DNA of 43,714 nucleotides, filler included, from Jimgerdemannia flammicorona (Eukaryota), in assembly GCA_003990765.1 (NCBI GenBank). It is 2 parts of 2 records of this genome, joined end to end, with 100 filler letters (N's around TTAATTAATTAA, not from the genome) between each part and the next. Parts side by side here need not be neighbours in the genome. Positions count along the whole stretch, not along the records: positions 1 to 21,808 come from RBNJ01001388.1; positions 21,909 to 43,714 come from RBNJ01001389.1. One strand, written 5' to 3'. Positions 13,501 to 25,200 of this stretch are shown here, one piece after another. Below the pieces are notes generated by a model that saw only the letters and a program-made list of their open reading frames with translations, did no database searches and was not told the DNA's origin. Numbering within the stretch: the first letter of the stretch is position 1; the number at the start of each line of letters is the position of its first letter. A program made the translations under genes and the position numbers.

Positions 13501-15920
13501 ATGGTAAAGATGTCTTTGTACTTATTTATAAAGAAGTTCTACCAGTTATTGCTATTGCTGAGAAATCAGATCTTCTTTAATATTAGTAAAAGGCTTCAAT
13601 TTCTCCTGGATCACAGAGAGGTCTTTTCTTTCTTCTGGGATCTTCTGCTATTTCCTAATAGATTTAGTTTATAAATCTCTATATAGTTTGATTGAGGTAG
13701 GGCACTAGATGATTCCATTTAGTAGAATGAGGCTTTTTCAGTTTTGTTAATTGCTTGAGAGTACATAGAGTTTTTTTGTCAGAAAATATATATTCTTCTA
13801 TATTTAAGTTCTTGATGTCCTCATTGGGTTCAAGAAGAAATTTCTAGATTCAAATAATATAAAGATTTGAAGATAGTCTTCTCTACTGATTTTAGGATGA
13901 GATTCTTATGATTAGTAGTATAATTGTTGGGGGGTGTTTTTTTGGAGTAGTTAATCTAAAGGAGGTATACTTCTTTCTTATCTGAGCTTTCAAATCCTTC
14001 AGTTTATCCTGTGTCTTAAATTAGTTTGGAGACCTCTTGCAGTTGAAAGGTCTTGACCTTTAAGAAAATTACTTGAGTAATTTTTTGTCATTTGTATATT
14101 TAATACCAATACACATTTTGTCTACTCCTCAAATGGACCTCAAGATACTTTGTTTGCTATACAATCTTTACAGAAGTTGTCATCAGAATATATTACTGAT
14201 AATTCTTATGTTTTTTTTTTTTTGATATAGTTACTTGAACTTCCACATTTATTATCAACCAGTCTATGATATATTAATAAAAATTTACCCCTCATCTAAT
14301 CTTACAGAGATCTCTCCCCCCCACTATTGATGATATCATCTCTGATAAAGTAGTTGGCTAGAAAGAGTGGTTCTTAAATTATAACTCTCTGTTCATTCAT
14401 ATACTAGTATATTGGGACTATATCACTATTCCATAGAATGATATCATCTATCTTATATGTTGGATATGGTATTGGTGGGTAGAGAAAGAGTGTATCACCT
14501 TTATTTTTATATTCACTGTCAGTATACCTTTAATAGATTATGATGCTATATATTATATGATTGTAGTATGCTGATAGCTATGGTTTATTTTACTCATACT
14601 CAGGAGGTGGGGTTGTTGGTTCAATCTTGAGAATTGTCTAGAGATACAGGTTGTATTTTTCAGTCTCTTCATTGTAGTTGGAGTAATCAGATATGAATCC
14701 AGATTGATACTTATGTATGATAGTGATCATTATCTCAATAGATCTTTTATATAGTTATGAACTATTGTAAGTTCAACAGAAAGATTAGTGAGATGATTAA
14801 TATTGGTAGAGATTCTTGGCTGGAGGTCATGTTAGTATCAGAGAGATTGTTATCTTCTACTTTATTATTATTGAACTGAATTATATCATAGACATCTTTT
14901 ATAGTATATCTAACTTAAGGCATTTGTAGAATATAATTATCTGAGTGTGAGAAAGGTCTGTCTGAGGTTTGGGTATACTCAATATACTTATAGTTAAGTT
15001 CTTATATCATATCATTGATTTGGCCATAAGTTAGAATAGTAATTATTTCAGCTGTAATAACTTGGAGTTGGGAAATAATAGTACTATACTTATAAAAGAG
15101 TTCTCAGTGTTTGTGAGCAATGATTTTCTAGTGTTGAGATATTTTAGTAATATCTGTATCATGTTAATAGTTAACTATATCTTCTAAGAGGTGCCTGATC
15201 TCATGGTAGCTTGAGATTTGTCTAATTCAGTAGATCTTACTGAGTATGTTCAGTGTATTCCATCAGACTTCTACAAAATAGAGAGGTGATAGGCTATGGA
15301 TATTTATGAGAGATAGAGGTGCTATAGCTGAGTTAATAGTTGCATTCCAGATCTCAGCATAGATATAGTTGTAGATTTCAGTAGTTATAGTTGGGTATAT
15401 ATTTGAGAGTTATGGTTATTATTTATTGTTCTTTATTTTAAAATATTATATATTTAGTATATATGCTTTCAGTCCTGATTTGTAAGATTCCATTTTTGTA
15501 TATTTTGTATTTCATGATTTCAAATTGATTCAGCTTCATAATCTGTGACTTTGGTTTGACTCAGCTTCATAATCTGGTAGGTGATTTCTAAATTTGTTCT
15601 GAGAGTGATGTGTAATTTTAGTGGCTTAGATATTGTGTATATATAATTCTCCCCTTTGTAGCTTTTGATGTCCTCATTGAGATCTCTTTAATTTGGTCTA
15701 CCATTTTGATAGTCAAAAGTCTAATAATATTCTTTTTTCTCAGAAAGTGGTATACTTATAGTACAGTTGTCTAATACATTGAATTTATACATTAAAGAGT
15801 CATGTGTTTGATATTGTATATCAAAAGTAATTCTGATATCATTTACTGCTAGAGAATTTCCTCTAAAATATCATCTGTAATATCTATATCTTATTTTCTA
15901 CCAGTGGTATAGAGAGAATA
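10501..15920 (-). mobile_element. Ty3/Gypsy LTR retrotransposon gag-pol remnant, heavily mutated
   Basis: Minus strand: KDAYPLLRINDLLDQL*DTIYFSSIDL (~13165-13245), EYL*MLFGLCN, YIDD (~12970-12981), RNase H-like EYLAVV*TV...FTLITDYTTLK*L (~12340-12440), then integrase-like sequence downstream. The RT-RH-IN order is Gypsy-type. Confidence 0.88.
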
Positions 15921-16023
15921 GGCTGACTTCACTTTTGCGGCCATCTTTCTCCAGTAACATTCAGGTTACACAACCCTTTGGCAACACTTTTGACACAGTT
16001 TCTGGAGAAAAGCTACTAGTATC

Positions 16024-18052
16024 ATGGCGACCAACGAGCATCCAGAGGTGCGTACTGGGCAGGGTGGCCCTGGAGCATTTGAATGGCAGCAAGTGGTGAG
16101 AGGCCCCGGTTTGGGGGGAAGTATGAGGGGCCTGCTTGCGGGGGGCCATGGTGGAGGAGGGGGCAGAGCTGGAGGTCGAGGGTCTGGCAGGGTGAGCTTT
16201 GCGGAGAAGGTGAAGGGGGGTCAGCAGGGAGCTGGACTGGAGAGCTGGCTGAGAGGGGGGAAGGTACCAGTGGTGGCTTCCAGGTAGCAACCTCTTGGGG
16301 GTACCTCTCTAGAGGGCCATAGGAGTGGAGCTGGAGGGGTATCAGCTGGGGCAGGGACTGCTGATGGGGGTGTGATGGGTGATCTGGAAAAAAATCTAGA
16401 TGGGACTGCTGAGGTGAGCTGAGTGGTAGGAAGGGCACGAGGCCCAGGGACCTGGCGGATGGTGTAACGGGACTGGTGGTGGCTCCATTACTCAAGAAGT
16501 CGATCTCGGTGTTCGCAGTCACGCTGTGCTTCCGGGGCTTAGTGGTGACAGCAAAAATGGTGTTGGGGCTTATCGCTAAGCAGGTGGTGGGAGCGGCTTC
16601 AGTGAAGTTTCTAAAGGGACTGGAGGGGGTGGAGGTGGGATTTGAGGAGGTTGAACTGCTGGAGGAGGTGCTGAAGGTTGGGTTGGTGGTTGGGGAGGTG
16701 TGTGTTCTGATAGCGAGGTGTCTGAAATGGGATCCGAGGGTGGTCCAACTGCTGGTGAAAGGAGTACCCATGGTGACGGTGATGGAGATGAGGAAGAGAG
16801 TGGAGGATGTCATGGCGGAGTACAGAGAGGTGGTGGATATCAGATTCCGGGTCTGGGAAGGGACCATGCTCAGGACTGGAGATGTGGATGTGAGGATTCG
16901 GCTGGCTGGAAAAGAGGCTACCGGGAAGACGAGGAACTGGCCATCAGTGTTGGTCTGGGGAGCTTTCCTGTGCAAGGTGACACAGGTGAAAGGGAGTGAA
17001 GAAGAGGAGGAAGATTTATTGGAAGCACTGGAGGAGCTGGATGGGGCTGTGGAACGGCACACTAAGGCCTGGAAGACTTTTGAGGAGTCAACACTCCTGG
17101 AGGTGGTGGATGGAAAGAGGATTCGAGTGGACAAGGTGCAGTGGGAAAGGGCTCAGGGGTGGAAGAGGCAGAAGGATCTGCTGGCTAAGCTGGGGGGTGG
17201 ACCGCAGAAGGTAGTGAGCATGAAGACAGGTGCAGAAGGGGCCGGAGCGAGTGTCTGGGCTGGTGGGAGGAGTGGGAATGATGGGGCAACATCAGGGAAG
17301 GCTAAGGAGGCGGGGATGAGTGATCTATATGCTGACAGCACCTTGGAGGTTTGGGATGTAGCCTGGGAGAATTCCCCCACCCCTTCCCTCTTATCCGATG
17401 TGGCCCGGCTTCCAGGAATAAGTCTGGGGAGGACGTGATGATGCTGGGGACCCAGCAGGTGAAATTTAGTATTCCAGAGGTATTGGATGGGGACCGAGTA
17501 GTGGCGGCTGGGGAGGAGGAACTGGTGGATGTCCCGGAGGTGTGGGATGAGGACGCGAGTGCGGGAGCTGACACTACGATGCTGGATGGAGGGAGGCCGG
17601 TGACCCCTGGTGGAAAGAAGGTGGGGAACCTACTTTGGATGTGCTGGATGATGAATAACCTGGTAGCAGAAGAGCTGGGGGAGGTGGACTTGCGTGGGAT
17701 GGGTGATGAGCACTGGATGAGAATTTTGCAGGGGGAAGGAGTGGCGATGGCGCTGAAGGCAGAAATTCTCGCAGTGTATCTGGAGGAGGAAGGGTATGAG
17801 GTGGATAAGGAGAGGGAGGCGGAGTTGGCGGTGGTCGCTGGGGAGAAGGCTGAGTACTGTTGGAACAGGCGTCATGGGTTGCAGCTGTGGCAGGAGGCTT
17901 GCATCAAGTACCGAGAGGAGTTTGAGGAGAAGGCAGATGAGGAGATGAATGAGCTGTTGGCTGGACTGGAGGCTCAGAGGGCTGAAGAGGAGGAGGTGAT
18001 GGCTGAACATAATCTGAACATGGCGCAGGAGGAGAGGGGCATGGAGCAGTAG
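16024..18052 (+). pseudogene. LINE ORF1 (Gly-rich N-terminus, RRM-like domain, coiled-coil/acidic C-terminus), disrupted
   Basis: ORF pieces 16024-16287, 16476-17438 and 17351-18052. The Tx1-like RRM segment LLVKGVPM...AEYREVVDIRF...LRTGDVDVRIRL is conserved in copies A and D. Confidence 0.8.
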
Positions 18053-18082
18053 GGATGGATTGAGAACAAACCATATTTTACT

Positions 18083-21000
18083 ATGAACAGTACAACCAAC
18101 ATTTTTTCTTTGAATGTGAATGGGCTGAGGGACGCGGTTCGATGCCGAAACATTTTTATTTGGTTGAAAGAATTGGAGGCTGATCTCTTCCTCTTGCAGG
18201 ATGTCAGGTGCGAGGATGACACTGATAGGATGGAATGGACTAAGGAATGGGGTGGTATGGCGACTTGGAACAGCAAGGTCAGGATTCTGGTTCGGAAAGG
18301 CAGAGGGGAGATAAAGAATGTGAGGAGCTAGGGGGAGAGACTGGTCTGGGGTGAGTGGATTTATGCAGGTTGGGAGCCGGTCACCATTGGCTCCTGTTAC
18401 TGCCCTGCTGTGTGGGGGGAGCATGTGGATTGGGTGAAAGGCCTTCTGGAGAGTGGGATCCTTGCTGAAGCTGGGTTGGATATGCTTGGAGGAGATTTCA
18501 ATATGGTTCGGGACGTACAGCTGGATAGAACTGATGGAGGATGGGGTGCAGAGAGCAGGAGTGGGGGATTAGCGATGTGGGAGGAGGTTGAAAGGCTAGG
18601 AGCACTGGTGGATGCTGGTAGGGAGTACTGGGGGGATGGGAGGGTATATACACATTGGGCTGGAGGTCTGGGGACAAGGATTGACTGGATTCTGATGGCC
18701 GACTGTTGGGGCCGTGATGTTTGGAAGGGGTTGGAGGTCGAATGGTGTCCATGGTCAGATCACTAGGGCCTCTTGGGACAGGAGTGTTTTGGGGGAAGTA
18801 GAGATGGGCCTGGACATTGGCACCTCAATTCCTCCTTGTTGGATGATGAGGCCCGGTGGGAGGAGTGGGTGAAAGACATTCAGCTGAAGGTGGCGAATTG
18901 GTGGCAGGAAGGGGCCGTGATTGGGGTTTGGTGGATGAGGATGAAAGAGATGGCCAGGATGTATTGGAGCGAAGCTGGCAGAGTGGCTGGGAAGCAGTGA
19001 AGGCAGAAAGTGCATTGGGCTTCTATTAGATTGGCTAGGCTCCAGGAGGAGTGGGCAAGACTGGCGGCAGTGGAGGGAGAAGAGGATTGGAGAATAACAA
19101 GGGTGAGGTTGGAGGTTGGGGAACTGCAACAGGTGCTGCGGGAAGAGGAAGAGTCAAGGGTGCAAGGCCTGGTGGCATGGCTTCATTGGCAGGGGCTGGA
19201 GGAAGGGGAGAGGCCTTCCAAGTTTCTCACAAGGACACTTTGTGCGAAAAGGGTACAGCAGTGGTGGGAAGGGGTACTTGACTCGGATGGTGTACTAGTA
19301 CATAGTGTACAGGACATCCTTGGAACACTGAAGGCGCGATGGAGTGGATTGTGGAGTGAGGAGGAGGGTGGGGTGGATGCTACGGCCATTGACCAAACAT
19401 TAGAAGATTGGCACCCACCACAAGCTGAGAGACTAGGTGACCTGGTGATGCCTGTAAAGGAGGACGAGATCCACCAGGTTCTTGCCGCGACAGCCTCGGG
19501 TATGGCACCATGGGAGGATGGCCTCCCCTGGGACTTCTGGAAGCGAATGGTTGGAGTCCCGGGCATATTGGGGGAGGTGACAGCACTGTGTGACTCTATA
19601 TTTCAGTCAGGGAGATGGGTGGGGGAGCAAGACCTTGGGCTGGTGATTCTGCTTTATAAGATCAAGGGAAGGCGAGAGGATTGGAAGAATTGGCGGCCGA
19701 TAATGTTGCTAGATATGGACAGGAAGTTGGTGACTAAGGTGGTGGTCGCAAGGCTACAGATGGTAGCCCAGCAAATTGTGGGTGTTGAGCAGAGGGGCTT
19801 CATAGGGGGTCAGCTTATTAGAGATGGCACAGCCTGGGTACATGGAGTTATTGAAGGTACTCGAGCATGTGGACTAGATGGGCATCTTGTCTTCTTGAAC
19901 CAGGAGAAGGCTTATAACCGGGTGCGGCAAGTCTGGCTGGTGAAAGTATTAGATAGAATTGGGGTTCCAGGCCCATTTCGGTCAGCAATGGTCAGCCTAC
20001 TGGAAAGGAGTAGGGCTGTGCTCGTGTGCAATGGGCATCGAGGGGTGGCTTTTCCTCTGGGTAGGGGAGTGCCCCAGGGGGACCCACTGTCCCCCATTTT
20101 GTATGCTCTTTCCTTGGAACCTCTAATGGACATGATTCGGCGGAAGATCGGGGGGCTCTCTATCTATGGCATTGGCTGGAAAGTTGGAGCCTTTGCGGAT
20201 GACATGATGGTTGGCTTGGGGACGACTGCAGATGTCGAGGAGCTCTGAAAGACAGTGGAGTAGTATGAGGAGAACTCTGGGGCGAAGCTAAATTGGCACA
20301 AGTGTGAAACAATGGTGCTGGGCAATGGCTTGGTGGGCGGAGAAGTTATTGGAACAATTGTCCCCACCGGAGAGGCAGTGCGGTACTTGGGCATCTATTT
20401 GTCAGTTTATGGGTCTGTTTTGCCCAGGCTGTAGTGGGAGCAGAGGATTGGAATTTGGGAGGAGGACCTGCGGGGTTGGGGGGGTAGACACTTCTCTCTA
20501 GCAGGAAGGATCTCGATTTTGAATGTATACTGGCTACCGAAGCTGTGGTATTTGGCCTATTATCTGGACTTCCCAGCCTGGGTAGTGAAGAGATTGGTGA
20601 AGGTGGCCAAGGGATGGATTTGGGCTGACAGACGGAGTCAGATGGGTTGGGAGACTTTGTCCCTTCCGGTGGCAAGAGGTGGTCTTGGGCTGGTGGACTT
20701 CTCCAAAAGACTACACTGCTTGAGGGCTTGGTGGCTGAGGAGGGCAGTGGAGTTGCATGGAGAGGGCTGGGTCCCCCTGCTGCAGAAGATATGGGAGAGG
20801 CGGACATCACCTAGAGGCTTGACTGATAATCTTCTTTCATTGGTTGGGCTTCAGAACACTGCGCAACTGCGATATAAAGGCTTCTGGTAGGGGATAGCCA
20901 AGGGGGCACACCACATTGGTATTTGCTGGCAAGGGGATGAGGGGGAGAGGACTTGGGACCCGGCGATGTGGAGATGGGATAGTATTCTTCTGGGAGGCAT

Positions 21001-21738
21001 GCCTTTACTGGAGTTCAACATTTGTGATGGCATCAAATGCCAAAGGGGTCCAGGCCAGGATCTGTGGCCTAGTGACTGGCAAGGAGTTGGAATTGGTGAG
21101 GAGTGGGACTGGCATGGGGTTTGGACCTGGAGTGCTGCAGTGAAAAATTGGATACCGCCGAAGTACTGGGTAGTCTGGTGGCGGGTGCTGAGGAGGAATG
21201 TGATGCTTAACTTCCGCTCAGGACACCTTGGTGTAGGGGGCTGCTTTGACTGCGAGGAGTGCCATAATGTAGGGCAAGAAGGGGGATTGGTACAGATGCC
21301 GGAACATTGGCTAGGAGAGTGTGAGGTGTTGGGAGACTATTGGCAGGCTGTTGGGGACCGCTTGGGGGTAAGGTGTAGGGGTGATGATGTATGGGGAGGT
21401 GGGAGGACCTGAGGGATCGGTTGATAGGAGGGGTAGGGGAAGGGTGGATTACTCTGGGCTGGGCATTGGCTATTTGGGTTGGGCTGGCCAACCACTGGCT
21501 ATTTGTATTTGAGGAGGAGAAGTGACAGAGCTTGGGGAGCCGGCTAGCAAGGTGGCAGTTCCTTATGGAGGATACCTTGACAGGCTGGTGGCTTGGTTGG
21601 GGGCTGCAGGGGGGTCGGAGGTACCGCTTGGTGGTGAAAATCTGTGGTCAGAGTGGTGGGAGAGTTGGTGTTATTGGTGAGAGGGTGGTCTTTATATGTG
21701 ACGAGGTGGGGTGGGGCCCACCGATGGGGATTGGATAG
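18083..21738 (+). pseudogene. LINE ORF2: APE endonuclease, reverse transcriptase and C-terminal zinc finger, with in-frame stops
   Basis: SLNVNGL, LLQDV, GGDFNMV, TRIDWI, WSDH; NWRPIMLLDMDRKL, LNQEKAYNRV, GVPQGDPLSP, AFADD, VRYLGI; CFDCEEC...EHWLGEC. Confidence 0.93.
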
Positions 21739-21808
21739 TGGGTGGTGATATTGTATACTTATTCATAGACTGGTAATAAAGACGGAGTCCAAGGGACTAT
21801 AAAAAAAA

Positions 21809-21908
21809 NNNNNNNNNNNNNNNNNNNNNNNNNNNNNNNNNNNNNNNNNNNNTTAATTAATTAANNNNNNNNNNNNNNNNNNNNNNNNNNNNNNNNNNNN
21901 NNNNNNNN
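21809..21908. other. Artificial assembly or concatenation spacer
   Basis: Exactly N44 + TTAATTAATTAA (21853-21864; stops in all six frames) + N44 = 100 nt. Confidence 0.95.
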
Positions 21909-22223
21909 GCCTTGGAACTTAGTAGTTTTAGTTATTGGAATTTATATTTAGCTTTATATCTTAGCAACCATTGAATTATATTTTGTATAAATACCTCTCT
22001 TATTTCCTCTGAAATAAAGTCAGTTCTATCCGGTTTACTTACACACTTCCTTGCAAGTAATCTAAGAGATAACAAGACAGTTAAAGATAAGAAGTTTGAG
22101 GACTATAAGACCTTGGGAAGGCACTCCAATAAGAACTTGCTTATAACAACTTGAGTTAGTCTAAGAGATATACCTTGAAGAGAATCTGGCGTATTTGAAG
22201 GACTCAGCGACCACTATGTGACA
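21909..22223 (+). mobile_element. 3' part of an LTR-like sequence
   Basis: TTGTATAAATACC...AAATAAAGTCAG module, ending CGACCACTATGTGACA, similar to the LTR-like segment at 2901-3451. Confidence 0.45.
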
Positions 22224-22229
22224 ATAGTA

Positions 22230-25200
22230 AGAGAGGCTTTTTAAAGTCTGAAAAGTATTTCATAATCAACTAAATACTAGTATACTACTTGTATATAAGA
22301 CCTATTTCTTTAATGTATTGCTTGAACTTTAGCTTTGAAAGAACTTTTATAAGTAAATTAGTGATTATATACTCTGTGGAGATGTATTCTAACTATATAG
22401 TATTATTTTCTATATATTTTCATACAAAATAATGGTATATATTGAAATGTTTCATTCTACTATAATATACTAGATTTTTGATCAATATAATTATAAACTG
22501 ATTATCCTGATATAGTATAGTACATTTCTGAGTAAATCTAAGTTCTTTTAATAGTTCTTGGAGCTATATAATTTCTTTTATTATACTTGACAATACTTGA
22601 TACTCTATCTGTATTAATAATATTACCATAGATAACTACTTGTATATTTACTATAAAATAATAGATTCTTTGTCATTTTTACTAATGTGAAAGAGATATC
22701 TAGTTATAGATCAGTGGTCATCAAGATTACCTGCTCAATTAGCATTATGTATATATATCAGATAGCCAAATGTTATTTTTCTTATCATTGCTCTTACTTA
22801 ATTCACCAAGAGTGAGTATATAGTATGCTATACTCTTAAAATATCTGAAAATTCTTTTAATAGTACTCCAATGTAAATTATTATAGCAGAAGAAATACCG
22901 TACTACTTTACTCATAATATATAATATGTCAGGCCTTATTTCTAGCATAAGATATATAAGAGAACTGATTACTTGCTAATAGAGTACATATATTCTTGGT
23001 ACTATTTTTGATTAGTATATTGTTATTATTCTTAGGAGTAGTATCTGGCTTCTTTAATTTTATAGAAGTATCTATAGAAGTACCAATGGGCTATATTCAT
23101 TTATATTGAAATATTTGAGGATTGTTTAAGTATATGTCACTTATAAGAGGTATATGGTATATGTCTTTCTATTATATGTGATAGATATCCTCAAAAGAAA
23201 AAATATATCACCTATATCTAGCATCTTGAATTCTCAGTATAGAGTTTTTTTTAACTCTATTAAACCTATTCTTACTAGTAATAATAATTATATTATCAAC
23301 TCAAATATCAATAAATACTATGCTGTCATTATAGTATTAGATATATATATAATTATCCACTTTGCAATTTATAAATCTATTATCAAAATGATATTTATCA
23401 ATCTTTTAATTCTATAATTATACTGCTTATTTGATGCTATATAGTCTCTTATATTATTTATATATAAGCTTACCTTTTTCATGTTGATGGATATATAGTT
23501 TGGTATCTATATTACTATTCAGAATGCTGTCTTTATATCTATTTAATGGATTTCAAAATTATATAGTATACTAATCATAAGGAGTATTTTAAGTAAAGTA
23601 AGCTTAAATACTAGTGAAAATATCTCATTATAGTCTATGCTATAATTCTGCAAGTATCTCTTGACAATAAAATAAGCTTTATATCACTCTATGCTTCTGT
23701 CAGCATTATGCTTTATATACCCTATATATAGACCTACTTGGATCTAATTATTTAGCAATTTAGTAAAAGAGATATGAGATCTTATATAATATTCTAGATG
23801 AGTAAATTGTATTCTTCATCTATTATTCATTTCTATTTCTTACTATCTAGAAATTATATAGCTTTATCATATTTATTTGGCTTATCAGAAGATATTGTAA
23901 TATATATATAAATTTATATACCTTAGTATAGCTCATATAGTTTTGTTGTTGTTTTTTTTTTTTTTTTTTTTTCTTGGACTCCTTTCTTTATTAATATACC
24001 CATCTATGCAATAAAATTCATTGACCTTGCCTCTATTCAATCCCTCTGGGGGGTCTCCTACCTCCTACCTCTTCACAATTAAAGACCACATTAACCATTG
24101 CCACTCTGTCAATAGATATCTTCCACATGACAATGCCCACCCTGGGGACCCCAACCCACCTACCATCCAGTTAACAGATTGCCCATCAACCTCTTCCATC
24201 TTAATAGCTTTTTTAATAAACCCATCTGTTACCCCTCCTCAAAAACAAAGAGCCAATATCCAGCTAGTTTCACCCAAATAGCCAAAATCCACCCTACTAT
24301 TAACCATTCACTATTCATCCCTCCCATCAACCTAGCTCTCAGATTCTCCCATCTCTCTCACTCCCCATCTAATCTCCTCCTCATTCCCAACTAGTCCCTA
24401 ATTGCTAACCAAAAGTTCTCCAGAACCTCATACTCTCCCAACCAATGTTCAGGTGTCTGTACAAATCTATCAACTTGCTCCACATTGTAGCACTCCTTGC
24501 AATCCAGTCACCCTCCATCTACCAGATACCCAGTATGGAAATTCAACATGATATTCCTTGCAGCATCTACCATCACACTATCCAAAACTTGAGAGGAAGC
24601 CATCTCTTCATCTCAGCACTCCATGACTAGTTCTGTTGTTGTCACTATCTAGAGCTTACATTGTTACTGAATTCTTTGCTTAGTGATCAAGATATATATC
24701 AATTATATATATACTGTTATGTTAATATTCTCAGCCTAATAAGAATATAATAATCTTGCTGCATTAATTATCATTTAAGCCACTTCAATGATCATTTGAT
24801 TAAATTGCTTGACCACACCATTTTGCTGAGATATATAAGAAGCTATTGTTTAATAAAATATACTATATTTTCTCAGAAACTATCTGAATATATCATTGAC
24901 ATATTTATATCTATTATCTGATTATATAGTACATATATACTCTATGTCCTGTTTCATTTTCAGTAATTGCTTTAAATTTTTTAAATTTGTCCAAGGCTTT
25001 GCTCTTTGCTAATAGGAAGTATATATATATTTTATATGTATAATTATTGATAAACATAATGAAATACTTCTTCCTAGAATATGATAGTATATATATAGGA
25101 CTATATATATCAATATGGATAATATCTAGAATTCCTAAAGTATACTTTAATTGTTTTTTAAATAGATACTAAGATATTTTATTTACCACACAATCCTCAT

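Larger units (their letters stand above)
15930..21808 (+). mobile_element. L1/Tx1-like non-LTR retrotransposon, copy B (full length, least decayed)
   Basis: Short 5'UTR shared with copy A, ORF1 from ATG 16024 to TAG 18052, ORF2 from ATG 18083, AATAAA at 21775-21780 and an A-tail at 21801-21808. Retains many CpGs. Confidence 0.95.

Noticed and set aside
16022..18424. Long minus-strand ORFs (370 aa and 264 aa), and similar Ser/Pro-rich ORFs opposite the other LINE copies
   Set aside because: Antisense shadows of the G-rich LINE coding strand, with no recognisable domains.
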